A stretch of DNA of 64,000 nt, from assembly GCA_965651925.1 (NCBI GenBank), contig CBFGUK010000004.1, positions 5,047 to 69,046 of the forward strand. The letters run 5' to 3'. Origin of the DNA: an uncultured bacterium. Its GTDB lineage: Bacteria; Desulfobacterota; Binatia; HRBIN30; CADEER01. The notes under the pieces are model-generated. The model was not told the origin of the DNA, did no database searches, and worked only from the letters and a program-made list of their open reading frames with translations. The position numbers were made by a program, and so were the translations under genes. This document shows positions 1 to 8,922 of this stretch, piece by piece; position 1 is the stretch's first letter; each line of letters opens with the position of its first letter.

Positions 1-1138
1 GCATCGCGCCCTTCAGGGTCTTCATCGCGACGACGCCGACGTCGTGCTGCTTCGCCTTCTCGAGGATGTGGCCGAAGCTCGGCCACATGCCGTAGTGGTA
101 GGCGAGCATCATCACGTCGAAGCGCCCCGAGTCGATCGCCGCGTTCGCCACCTCCTCGAGGTTCGGCGTGTGCGTGCTGACGCCGAGGAAGCGCACCTTG
201 CCCTGCTCCTTCAGGCGGTCGAACGCCTCGTGGATGTTCGGCGCCATGAGGCGGTCGACGCGGTCGCAGGAATGCACGTGGATGAGGTCGACGTGATCGG
301 TCTGCAGGCGGCGCAGGCTGGCCTCGACCGCCTCGATGATCTGCGGCACCGGCGTCTCGTTCGGCAGGTGGCCGTCGGCGACGCAGAACTTCGTCGCGAC
401 GAACATCCGGTCGCGGTGGCCCTTCATCGCCTCGCCGAGGATGAACTCGGAGTTCGTGCCCGAATAGTCGGGCGAGGTGTCGAAGTACGTGATGCCGCGA
501 TCGATCGCGGCACGTGCGAGCTCGATCGCCCGCTGGGCGCTTTCTCCCTCGGTCCCCGCGGCGCCGATGCGGCCGGCGCCGAGCGAGATGTCGGAGACCT
601 CGACGTTCGTGCGCCCGAGGCGGCGATAGCTGCGCACCGTGGCGCCCTGCCAGCCATCCTGCGGGGCCGGCGCCAGGTACTCGACGTCGGCGGCGAAGAA
701 GTCGCCCGCGACCGGCAGCCATTTGCGGTTGCGCAGCACGGCGGCACCGAGGCCCGCCGCGGTGGCGGCGACGGTCGCCCCGCCGGCGCCGAGGGCGCGC
801 AGCGCCACGCGGCGCGTCGCATGCGTGCCGGACAGGATCGCCGCCGCCTGCGGCGCGGCGAGCGGCTCGAACAGCCCGCGCGGCGGGCACGTCGGGCAGA
901 CCGGTTGCCGGCGCCGCACGAACGTCGCCGCGACCGCGAGGAGCAGGACCGCGCCCGGCACGAGCACCTTCCACAGCGGCAACTGCGTGCGGTCGAGCCC
1001 TTCGGCGAGATCGTGCACGAACTGGCCGCCGAGCACGTAGGCGAGCAGCAGTCCGAGCACATAGAGGCCGATCACCACCACGCGTCGCACCCGCACCACG
1101 CCGGGATTCCGGGAACTACCGCAGTGTGGACACTGCAT
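1..1138 (-). CDS. Aldo/keto reductase with N-terminal CxxC-TM-TM-CxxC module (3' end outside window)
   Basis: Manual translation, not in the ORF track: MQCPHCGS...VCPTC...YRRLGRTNVEVSDISLG...GITYFDTSPDY...FVATKF...SLRRLQTDHVDLIHVH...VGVVAMKTLKG. GGAGGT lies 5 nt before the ATG at 1138. Confidence 0.85.
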   Translation of the reverse strand, partial: MQCPHCGSSRNPGVVRVRRVVVIGLYVLGLLLAYVLGGQFVHDLAEGLDRTQLPLWKVLVPGAVLLLAVAATFVRRRQPVCPTCPPRGLFEPLAAPQAAAILSGTHATRRVALRALGAGGATVAATAAGLGAAVLRNRKWLPVAGDFFAADVEYLAPAPQDGWQGATVRSYRRLGRTNVEVSDISLGAGRIGAAGTEGESAQRAIELARAAIDRGITYFDTSPDYSGTNSEFILGEAMKGHRDRMFVATKFCVADGHLPNETPVPQIIEAVEASLRRLQTDHVDLIHVHSCDRVDRLMAPNIHEAFDRLKEQGKVRFLGVSTHTPNLEEVANAAIDSGRFDVMMLAYHYGMWPSFGHILEKAKQHDVGVVAMKTLKGAM

Positions 1139-1305
1139 GCGCCACCTCCGTCTGGGGTGCCGCGACCCTTAGCGCGCGCCGCGGGACCGTGTCCATTGCC
1201 GCCGCGCGCCGCGGTCGTGCCCTGCGGCTTGCGGGGATGGCACCCTTCGGGTAGGAGCGGTCGGCGGCGTCGGGCCGCTGGGCGGGCGGTGCCTCGGGAA
1301 CTCGC

Positions 1306-1908
1306 ATGGCGCTGGACAGATCATCGCGGCAACGGCCCGCGCAACGCTACACGGTGCTCGCCGTCGAGGTGCTCGGCCTCGCCATCCTCTGGCTCCTGTT
1401 CTCGGGCAAGTTCGACGCGCTGCATCTGGCGTTCGGTGCGCTGTCGATCCTGATCGTGCTCGCCATGTCGGGCGACGTGCTCGCCCCGACCGGACCCTCG
1501 TCGGAAGTGGCCCAGCTGGCGCGCGTGCAGCCGCTGCGGGCACTGGCGTATCTCGCCTGGCTGGTGCGCGAGATCGTCGTGGCGAACATCGACATCGCCA
1601 GGCTCGTGCTCCATCCGCGCATGCCGATCGATCCGGTGCTCGGCTGCTTCCGGACGCATCTCCCCGGGCGCCTGCCCAAGGTCGCGCTCGGCAACTCGAT
1701 CACGCTCACGCCCGGCACGCTGACGCTGCACATCCGCGGCACTGAGGTGATCGTGCACGCGATCACGCCGGGCTCGGCGACCGGTCCGACGATCGACGAG
1801 ATGGAACGGCGCCTGGCGGCCGTGTTCGGCGCGCCGCCGCCGCCCGCGCCGGTGGCGATGTCGCTGTCGCGCGGCCTGCCGCCGGCGCGGGGAGCGCAGC
1901 GCCCGTGA
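1306..1908 (+). CDS. mrpE: Mrp/Mnh Na+/H+ antiporter subunit E
   Basis: ANIDIARLVL...LGNSITLTPGTLT...VHAI motif; first gene of the operon. Confidence 0.9.
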   Translation: MALDRSSRQRPAQRYTVLAVEVLGLAILWLLFSGKFDALHLAFGALSILIVLAMSGDVLAPTGPSSEVAQLARVQPLRALAYLAWLVREIVVANIDIARLVLHPRMPIDPVLGCFRTHLPGRLPKVALGNSITLTPGTLTLHIRGTEVIVHAITPGSATGPTIDEMERRLAAVFGAPPPPAPVAMSLSRGLPPARGAQRP

Positions 1909-2177
1909 CCGTGCTCATCATCGGGCTGGCGTTCGTCCTCGTCGTCGCCAGCCTGCTGCCGTTCTACCGCGTCGTGCGCGGGCCGACCATTTTCGACCGC
2001 ATGATCGGGGTCGGCGTGATCGGCACCAAGACCGTCATCCTCGTCTGCCTGGCCGGATTCGCGTACGGTCGGATCGACATGTTCATCGACATCGCGATCG
2101 CGTACGCGATGCTGAACTTCATCGGCACGCTGGTGATCGCGAAGTATCTCGCCACCACACGCGAGGTGCCGCGATGA
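1905..2177 (+). CDS. mrpF: Mrp antiporter subunit F
   Basis: RVVRGPTIFDR...FIDIAIAYAMLNFIGT; GTGA overlap. Confidence 0.9.
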   Translation: MTVLIIGLAFVLVVASLLPFYRVVRGPTIFDRMIGVGVIGTKTVILVCLAGFAYGRIDMFIDIAIAYAMLNFIGTLVIAKYLATTREVPR

Positions 2178-2506
2178 TCGCGCACCTGCTCGGCATCCCG
2201 TTCCTGATCACCGGGGCGGCGTTCGCGCTGATCGGCAGCATCGGCGTCGTGCGCCTGCCGGACTTCTATTCCCGCACGCACGCCGCCAGCAAGCTCGACA
2301 CGCTCGGGCTGGGCCTGTTCATGATCGGCCTCGCGATCCTCAACGGCGCCGACCTCGACAGCGGCAAGCTCCTGCTGATCGTCGTGTTCGTCGGCATCGC
2401 CAACCCCGTCGCCGCGCACGCGCTCGGGCGCGCGGCGCTGCGCGCGCGCCTCGCCCCGTGGGTGCGGCCGGACACCGACGGCGACGACGCGGAGGACGGC
2501 CGGTGA
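2174..2506 (+). CDS. mrpG: Mrp antiporter subunit G
   Basis: GVVRLPDFYSRTHAASKLDTLG...NPVAAHAL. Confidence 0.92.
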   Translation: MIAHLLGIPFLITGAAFALIGSIGVVRLPDFYSRTHAASKLDTLGLGLFMIGLAILNGADLDSGKLLLIVVFVGIANPVAAHALGRAALRARLAPWVRPDTDGDDAEDGR

Positions 2507-2736
2507 TCGCGCTGCTGTTCGTCCTGGCGACGGTCACGGCGCTCGTCGCGCTGCAGCTCCGCGACCTGCTCGCCGCCACCGTGGCGCTGTCGGTGTTCAG
2601 CTTCCTCGTCGCGCTGCTCTATGCGGCGCTCGGCGCGGTCGACGTCGGGTTCAACGAGGCGGTGCTCGGCGCCGGCGTGACCGGCGTGCTGTTCGTCGTG
2701 GCGCTGTTCCACACCCGCCGGAGATCGGTGGATTGA
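2503..2736 (+). CDS. Mrp DUF4040-type subunit (free-standing MrpA C-terminal / MrpB N-terminal part)
   Basis: GTG overlaps the mrpG stop; LGAVDVGFNEAVLGAG motif. Confidence 0.8.
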   Translation: MIALLFVLATVTALVALQLRDLLAATVALSVFSFLVALLYAALGAVDVGFNEAVLGAGVTGVLFVVALFHTRRRSVD

Positions 2737-3473
2737 ACGCGCTCGCGCTGCTCACCGTCGCGGCGTGCGGGCTCGTGCTGCTCGCCGCCGGCGCCGGCCT
2801 GCCGGCCTTCGGCGATCCGCAGGCGCCGGCGGCGCTGCACGTCGCCGACGCGTACATCCGCGGCTCGTACGTCGACGCGCACACGCCGAACATCGTGACG
2901 ACGATGATCGCCGACTACCGCAGCTTCGACACGCTCGGCGAGTCGATCGTCGTCTTCACCGCCGGGCTCGCGTGCATGCTGCTCCTGCGCACGCCGGTGC
3001 CGCTGCCGCCGGGCAGCATCGGCCGGCCGCAGCCGAGCATCATCTCGGATGTCGTCGCGCGGGCGATGGTGCCGTTCATCCAGATCTTCGGTCTCTATGT
3101 CGTCTTCCATGGCCACTACAGCCCGGGCGGCGGCTTCCAGGGCGGCGCGCTGATCGCCGGCAGCATCCTGCTGGCGCGCGTCGTGTTCGGGTACGAGCCG
3201 TCGCAGCGCATTTTCCCGACGCGCCTCGCCACGCCGCTCGGCCTGCTCGGCATCGCCGTGTACGCCACCGTGGGCCTCGTCGCGCTGCCCGCCGGCAGCG
3301 GGCTGCTCGACTACGCGCAGCTGCCACTGCCGCTGCCGGCCGACCTGCGCCGCAACTGGGGCATCCTGCTGGTCGAGATCGGCGTCGCGCTCGCGGTGAG
3401 CGGCACGCTGGTGTCGATCTTCGACGACCTGGCGCGCGGCGGCCGCGGCTGGCGCGCCTCCCGGGCCCGCTAG
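2733..3473 (+). CDS. mrpB: Mrp antiporter subunit B
   Basis: NIVTTMIADYRSFDTLGE and GHYSPGGGFQGG motifs. Confidence 0.9.
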   Translation: MNALALLTVAACGLVLLAAGAGLPAFGDPQAPAALHVADAYIRGSYVDAHTPNIVTTMIADYRSFDTLGESIVVFTAGLACMLLLRTPVPLPPGSIGRPQPSIISDVVARAMVPFIQIFGLYVVFHGHYSPGGGFQGGALIAGSILLARVVFGYEPSQRIFPTRLATPLGLLGIAVYATVGLVALPAGSGLLDYAQLPLPLPADLRRNWGILLVEIGVALAVSGTLVSIFDDLARGGRGWRASRAR

Positions 3474-3863
3474 ATGGACTGGCCGCTTGCCACCGCGGTG
3501 CTCGACCGCGCGCCGTACGTGTTCACGGTCCTGCTGCTGCTCATCGGCCTGCACGCGATGATGGTGAAGCAGAACCTGCTGAAGAAGCTGATCGGGATGA
3601 ACGTGTTCCAGGGCGCGATCATCCTGTTCTACATCGTCTTCGCCTATCGCCACGACGCGACGGTCCCGGTGCTCGACGCGGCGATCACCGATCCGACGGC
3701 CTACCACAATCCGATTCCGCACGGCCTGATGCTGACCGCGATCGTCGTCTCGGTGGCGACCTCCGGCGTGGCGATGGCGCTCCTCATCCGCATCTATCGC
3801 CGCTTCGGAACGATCGACGAAGCGGCGCTCCTCACCCGCCTGCGCCGCACGCCGCCGTCGTGA
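3474..3863 (+). CDS. mrpC: Mrp antiporter subunit C
   Basis: NLLKKLIG...NPIPHGLMLTAIVV. Confidence 0.9.
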   Translation: MDWPLATAVLDRAPYVFTVLLLLIGLHAMMVKQNLLKKLIGMNVFQGAIILFYIVFAYRHDATVPVLDAAITDPTAYHNPIPHGLMLTAIVVSVATSGVAMALLIRIYRRFGTIDEAALLTRLRRTPPS

Positions 3864-5362
3864 TGCCCGTCTACCCCGAAAGCATCCTGCCGGTCGGCAT
3901 CTCGGTGCTGCTGCTTGGCGGTGCGGTCCTGACCGTCGGCAGCGGCCTCGTGCGCCGCGAGCTGGCCTGGCCGGTGGCGTTCGCCAGCCTCGTCGCGACG
4001 CTCGCCGACGCGCTGGCGCTGCTCGCGGCGGTGATGCGGCAGGGGCCGGTGCGCCATACGCTCGCCGGCTGGCCTGCGCCGATCGGCATCGAGTACGTCG
4101 TCGACGGCCTCGGCGCCTTCGTCGTCGCCGTCATCGCCGCGATCGCGGTGGTGGTGGCCATCTACGGACGCGAGGCGATCCGCCGCGAGACGCCCGATCA
4201 GGAGGTCGCGTTTCTCGGCATGCTGCTGACCCTGCTCCTCGGGCTCACCGGCATGGTGCTCACCGGCGACCTGTTCAACCTCTACGTCTTCTTCGAGATC
4301 AGCGCGCTCGCCGGCTACGCGCTGCTCGCCGTCGGCAGCGATCGCGCCCCGCTCGCGAGCTTCCGCTACCTGCTGCTCGGCACCACCGGCGCATCGTTCT
4401 ACCTGCTCGGCATCGGCTTCCTCTACTTCCTGACCGGCAGCCTGAACATGGCCGACGTCGCGCGGCTGCTGCCGGCGGTGCAGGACAATCCCGCCGTGCC
4501 GGTGGCGCTGGCGCTGATCATCATCGGGGTCGCGCTGAAGATGGCGATGTTCCCGCTCTACGCGTGGCTGCCCGACGCGTACACGTACGCGAGCAGCACG
4601 ACGACGGCGATCATCGCCCCGGTGATGACCAAGGTCGCGGCGTTCGCCCTGCTGCGCGTGCTGTTCTTCGTCTTCGGCGTCGAGCTCGTCGCCTCGCTGC
4701 TGCCCGCCGGGCGGCTGATCGCCTGGCTGTCGGCGGTCGGTATCGTCGCGTCCTCCGTGATGGCGATCGCGCAGCGGGACGTGAAGCGGATGCTCGCCTA
4801 CAGCTCGATCGCGCAGCTCGGCTACATCGGCGTCGGCATCGGCCTCGCGAACCCGTTCGCGCTGATCGGCGCCGTGCTGCACATCCTCAACCACGCGACG
4901 ATGAAGTGCTGCCTGTTCCTCGTCGCCGGCAGCGTCGCCCAGCACGCCGGGCGCTCCTCGGTCGGCGAGTACGCCGGGCTCGGCCGGCTGATGCCGTGGA
5001 GCTTCGCGAGCTTCACGATCGCGGCGCTGGCGATGGTCGGCCTGCCGCCGACGAACGGCTTCTTCAGCAAGTGGTATCTCGTGCTCGGCACGATCGCCGA
5101 CGGCGACTGGCTGCTCGTCGCCGTGGTCGTCGGCGCGAGCCTGCTCACCGCGGTGTACTTCTTCCGCCTGCTCGAACGCATCTACACGTACCCGGTAACC
5201 GGCGGCGTGGCCGCGCCGCACGGCGACGTCGCGCTCGCGATGCGGATCCCGGCGGTGGTGCTCGGCGTCGCCGTGCTGGTCCTCGGCCTGTGCAACGCGT
5301 GGATCGTGACCTCGGTGCTGCAGCCGTCGCTGCCCGCCGGGGCGCGCCTGCCCGGCATGTGA
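3863..5362 (+). CDS. mrpD: Mrp antiporter subunit D, copy 1
   Basis: C-terminal part of ORF 2765..5362; GDLFNLYVFFEI, WLPDAY, KRMLAYSSIAQ, PPTNGFFSKW. Confidence 0.9.
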   Translation: MPVYPESILPVGISVLLLGGAVLTVGSGLVRRELAWPVAFASLVATLADALALLAAVMRQGPVRHTLAGWPAPIGIEYVVDGLGAFVVAVIAAIAVVVAIYGREAIRRETPDQEVAFLGMLLTLLLGLTGMVLTGDLFNLYVFFEISALAGYALLAVGSDRAPLASFRYLLLGTTGASFYLLGIGFLYFLTGSLNMADVARLLPAVQDNPAVPVALALIIIGVALKMAMFPLYAWLPDAYTYASSTTTAIIAPVMTKVAAFALLRVLFFVFGVELVASLLPAGRLIAWLSAVGIVASSVMAIAQRDVKRMLAYSSIAQLGYIGVGIGLANPFALIGAVLHILNHATMKCCLFLVAGSVAQHAGRSSVGEYAGLGRLMPWSFASFTIAALAMVGLPPTNGFFSKWYLVLGTIADGDWLLVAVVVGASLLTAVYFFRLLERIYTYPVTGGVAAPHGDVALAMRIPAVVLGVAVLVLGLCNAWIVTSVLQPSLPAGARLPGM

Positions 5363-5364
5363 GC

Positions 5365-6864
5365 ATGGACGGCGCCGCGGTCCTCTCGCTGCGTCCGTTC
5401 TGGGCGCTGCTGCCGTCGCTGCTGGCGGTGCCGCTGATCCTCGTCAGCCACGCGCGGCCGAACCTGCGCGAGACGTGGACGCTGCTCGCGGCGCTCATCA
5501 AGGCGGCGATCGTGCTCTCGATGATTCCCGCGGTGCTCGGCGGGACGACGTTCGACTGCCCGCTCTGGGAGCTGTCGCCCGGCATCACCCTCGCGTTGCG
5601 CGTCGATTCGCTCGGCCTCGTGTTCGCCATCGTCTCGAGCACGCTCTGGGTGCTGACCTCGATCTACTCGATCGGCTACGTGCGCGGCGCCGGCGAGCAG
5701 CACCAGACCCGCTACTTCGCCAGCTTCGCGCTCTGCCTGAGCGCGACGATCGGCATCGCGTTCGCCGCCAATCTGCTGACGTTTCTCGTCTTCTTCGAGA
5801 TGCTGACGATCGCGACGTACCCGCTCGTGCTGCACAAGCAGACCGCCGAGGCGCGGTACGGCTCGCGCATCTATCTCGCGTATACCCTGCCCGCCGGACT
5901 GGCGCTGCTGCTTGCCACCGCGCTCACGTGGTCACTCGCCGGCACGGTGACGTTCGCGCCGGGCGGGTTCCTCGACGCCGGCATGGCCTCGCCCGCCACC
6001 CTGTCGGCGCTGTTCGTGCTCTTCGTGCTCGGTGTCGGCGTCAAGGCGGGCCTGATGCCGCTGCACGCCTGGCTGCCGGCGGCGATGGTCGCCCCGACAC
6101 CGGTCAGCGCCCTGTTGCACGCCGTCGCGGTGGTGAAAGCGGGCGTCTTCGGCGTGCTGCGCGTCACCGGCTTCGTGTTCGGCCCGACGCTGCTCGGCGA
6201 GCTCGGCGTCGGCACCGCCCTCGCGTGGCTGGCGGGATTCACGCTGCTCGTCGCCTCGCTGCTCGCGCTCGCGCAGGACAACCTCAAGCGCCGGCTCGCC
6301 TACAGCACCGTCGGCCACCTCAGCTACATCGTGCTCGGCGCAGCGCTGGTGAACACGTGGAGCTGGGCGGGCGCGATCCTGCACCTCGTCTTCCACGCGA
6401 CGATGAAGATCACGCTCTTCTTCTGCGCCGGCGCGATCTACGTGCGCACGCATCGCGAACAGATCAGCGAACTCGACGGCATCGGGCGCCAGATGCCGAT
6501 CACCATGGCGGCGTTCGCGATCGGCAGCATCGGGCTCGCCGGCGTGCCGCCGGTCAACGGCTTCGTCAGCAAATGGGGGCTCGCCACCGGCACCGTGGCC
6601 GCCGACCAGCCGCTGCTGCTGGCGCTGCTGGCGCTGAGCGGCGTGCTCAACGCGGCGTACTTCTTCCCGATCGTGCATGCGGCGTTCTTCAAGCGCTCGC
6701 CGGCGTTTGCGCAGTTCGGCGAGGCGAGCGCGCTGCTCGTCGCGCCGCTGGTGCTGACCGCGCTCGCCTCGCTGGCGCTCGGCGTGGCACCCGACCTCGG
6801 CGTGCACGCCTGGCAGCTCGCCCACGCCACGGCGGTGCGGGTCATCGGAGCGCCGCTGCCATGA
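5365..6864 (+). CDS. mrpD: Mrp antiporter subunit D, copy 2
   Basis: C-terminal part of ORF 4564..6864; PLHAWLPAAMVAPTPVSALLHA, KRRLAYST. Confidence 0.88.
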   Translation: MDGAAVLSLRPFWALLPSLLAVPLILVSHARPNLRETWTLLAALIKAAIVLSMIPAVLGGTTFDCPLWELSPGITLALRVDSLGLVFAIVSSTLWVLTSIYSIGYVRGAGEQHQTRYFASFALCLSATIGIAFAANLLTFLVFFEMLTIATYPLVLHKQTAEARYGSRIYLAYTLPAGLALLLATALTWSLAGTVTFAPGGFLDAGMASPATLSALFVLFVLGVGVKAGLMPLHAWLPAAMVAPTPVSALLHAVAVVKAGVFGVLRVTGFVFGPTLLGELGVGTALAWLAGFTLLVASLLALAQDNLKRRLAYSTVGHLSYIVLGAALVNTWSWAGAILHLVFHATMKITLFFCAGAIYVRTHREQISELDGIGRQMPITMAAFAIGSIGLAGVPPVNGFVSKWGLATGTVAADQPLLLALLALSGVLNAAYFFPIVHAAFFKRSPAFAQFGEASALLVAPLVLTALASLALGVAPDLGVHAWQLAHATAVRVIGAPLP

Positions 6865-7127
6865 AGCTCGCCCGTCCGCAGCCGCGCACGCTCGCGTGGG
6901 CCGCCGTGGCCGGCACCGTCGCCGTGGCGCTGCCGCTCGTCGTGCCCGTCGAGCACCATTTCCCGTGGGACGCGGTGCCGGGCTTCTACGCGCTGTTCGG
7001 CGCCCTCGGCGGCGCCGCGATCGTCGTCGTGTCGAAGTGGCTCGGGCACGCGCTGCTGCAGCGCCCGGAGACGTGGTACGGCGAGGCCGACGCGCCCGAG
7101 CGGCCGGGGCCGGACGGACCGGCATGA
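6861..7127 (+). CDS. Small two-TM Mrp-associated membrane protein
   Basis: MKLARP...HFPWDAVPGFYALFG...LLQRPETWY; ATGA overlaps on both sides. Confidence 0.75.
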   Translation: MKLARPQPRTLAWAAVAGTVAVALPLVVPVEHHFPWDAVPGFYALFGALGGAAIVVVSKWLGHALLQRPETWYGEADAPERPGPDGPA

Positions 7128-8851
7128 TCCTCGTACCGCCTGCCCTGCTGCTCGTCGCCGGCGCGGCGCTGCTGGCGGTCGCGCCGCGCGCCTGGCGCGC
7201 GCCGCTCGCCGTCCTCGTCCCGCTCGCCACCCTCGCCTATCTCGTCACCGGCGTGCCCGACGGCGCGTCGCTGCGCTGGCCGTTCCTCTCGTTCGAGCTC
7301 GAGGTGCTGCGCGCCGACCGGTTGTCGCTGCTGTTTGCCGGCATCTTCTGCCTGATCGGCGCCATCGCCGGCCTGTATGCGTGGCCGACGGCGGACGACG
7401 GCCAGCGCGTCGCGGCGCTGCTCTACACGGCGGGGGCGGTCGGCGTGACCTTCGCCGGCGACCTCTTCACGCTCTACGCGTTCTGGGAGCTCATGGCGGT
7501 CACCGCCGTCGTGCTCGTCTGGGCGCGGCGGACGCGCGGCGCGGCGCGCGCCGGGACGCGCTATCTGCTCGTGCACCTGACCGGCGGCGCGGTGCTCCTG
7601 GCCGGCATCCTGCTGCACGCCGGCACGAGTGGCTCGCTCGCGTTCGGCGCCTTCGATGCGAGCGCGCCGACGTTCGCCGCGTGGCTGATCCTCGTCGGCT
7701 TCTGCGTCAACGCGGCGGTGCCGCCGCTCGGCGCCTGGCTGCCCGACGCCTACCCGCGCGCCACCGTGAGCGGCGCGGTCTTCCTGTCGGCGCTGACGAC
7801 GAAGACCGCGGTGTATGCGCTGCTGCGCGGGTTCCCCGGCTGGGAGATTCTCGTGCCATTCGGCGTGCTGATGACGCTCTACGGCGTCGTCTACGCCGTG
7901 CTCGCCAACGACATCCGCACGCTGCTCGCCTACCACATCATCTCGCAGGTCGGGTACATGGTCGCCGGCGCCGGTCTCGGCACGCCGCTGGCGATCAACG
8001 GCGCCGCGGCGCACGCCGTCTGCCACATCCTCTACAAGGCGCTGCTCTTCATGGGTGCCGGCGCGGTGCTCGCGACGACCGGGCGCAGTCACGTCTGCGA
8101 TCTCGGCGGCTTCGCGCGCCGCCAGCCGTGGGTCGTGGCGCTGTACATGATCGGCGCGTTCTCGATCAGCGGCGTGCCGCTGTGGAACGGGTTCATCAGC
8201 AAGTCGATGGTGATCGCCGCCGCCGGCGAGGCGCACCGCGACGGCGCCTACCTGCTCCTCACGCTCGCGTCGGTCGGCACGTTCCTGTCAGTCGGCCTGA
8301 AGCTGCCGCACGCGACCTGGTTCGGGCCCGACCGCGGAATCCGCCCCGCGCCGACGCCGGTCCCGATGCTCGCCGCGATGGCGGTGGCAGCGGCGCTGTG
8401 CACGATCACCGGCATTGCCCCCGAGCTGCTCTACCGGCTGCTGCCGTATCCCACCGCCTACGACCCGTTCACCGCCACGCACCTGATCGAGAGCGTGCAG
8501 CTCCTGCTGTTCACGTTCTTCGCGTTCGCCGTGTTCCTGCCGAGCTTCGTCGGCGAGCGCACGATCGCGCTCGACACCGACGTGTTCTACCGCCGGCCCG
8601 CCGCGCTCGTGCGGCGCGTGGTCGTCGGCGGTGTCAACGCGCTGTTCGGCGCGGTCGAAGCCGCCGCCGAGCGCCTGGCGCGGGCCGCGGCGCAGGCGGT
8701 GCGCGATCCGAGCGCGTGGGGCGCGACCGGCCTGCGCCCGGAGGAGGATTTCGATCCCGACCTCGCGCGGCCGCCGCTGCTCACGCCGCTGCTGCTGACG
8801 ATCGTCACCTTCGTCGCCGTCGCGCTGGCGCTGCTCTCCTGGCGCGCCTGA
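7124..8851 (+). CDS. mrpD: Mrp antiporter subunit D-like, copy 3
   Basis: WLPDAYPRAT, TTKTAVY, LLAYHIISQVG, PLWNGFISKS. Confidence 0.88.
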   Translation: MILVPPALLLVAGAALLAVAPRAWRAPLAVLVPLATLAYLVTGVPDGASLRWPFLSFELEVLRADRLSLLFAGIFCLIGAIAGLYAWPTADDGQRVAALLYTAGAVGVTFAGDLFTLYAFWELMAVTAVVLVWARRTRGAARAGTRYLLVHLTGGAVLLAGILLHAGTSGSLAFGAFDASAPTFAAWLILVGFCVNAAVPPLGAWLPDAYPRATVSGAVFLSALTTKTAVYALLRGFPGWEILVPFGVLMTLYGVVYAVLANDIRTLLAYHIISQVGYMVAGAGLGTPLAINGAAAHAVCHILYKALLFMGAGAVLATTGRSHVCDLGGFARRQPWVVALYMIGAFSISGVPLWNGFISKSMVIAAAGEAHRDGAYLLLTLASVGTFLSVGLKLPHATWFGPDRGIRPAPTPVPMLAAMAVAAALCTITGIAPELLYRLLPYPTAYDPFTATHLIESVQLLLFTFFAFAVFLPSFVGERTIALDTDVFYRRPAALVRRVVVGGVNALFGAVEAAAERLARAAAQAVRDPSAWGATGLRPEEDFDPDLARPPLLTPLLLTIVTFVAVALALLSWRA

Positions 8852-8922
8852 CGGCGGGCGGCGCGGTCGCGCCCCGCTCGGGTGCGTGACGGCTGGGGAC
8901 GCGACGCCGCGGTGGTGCCGCC

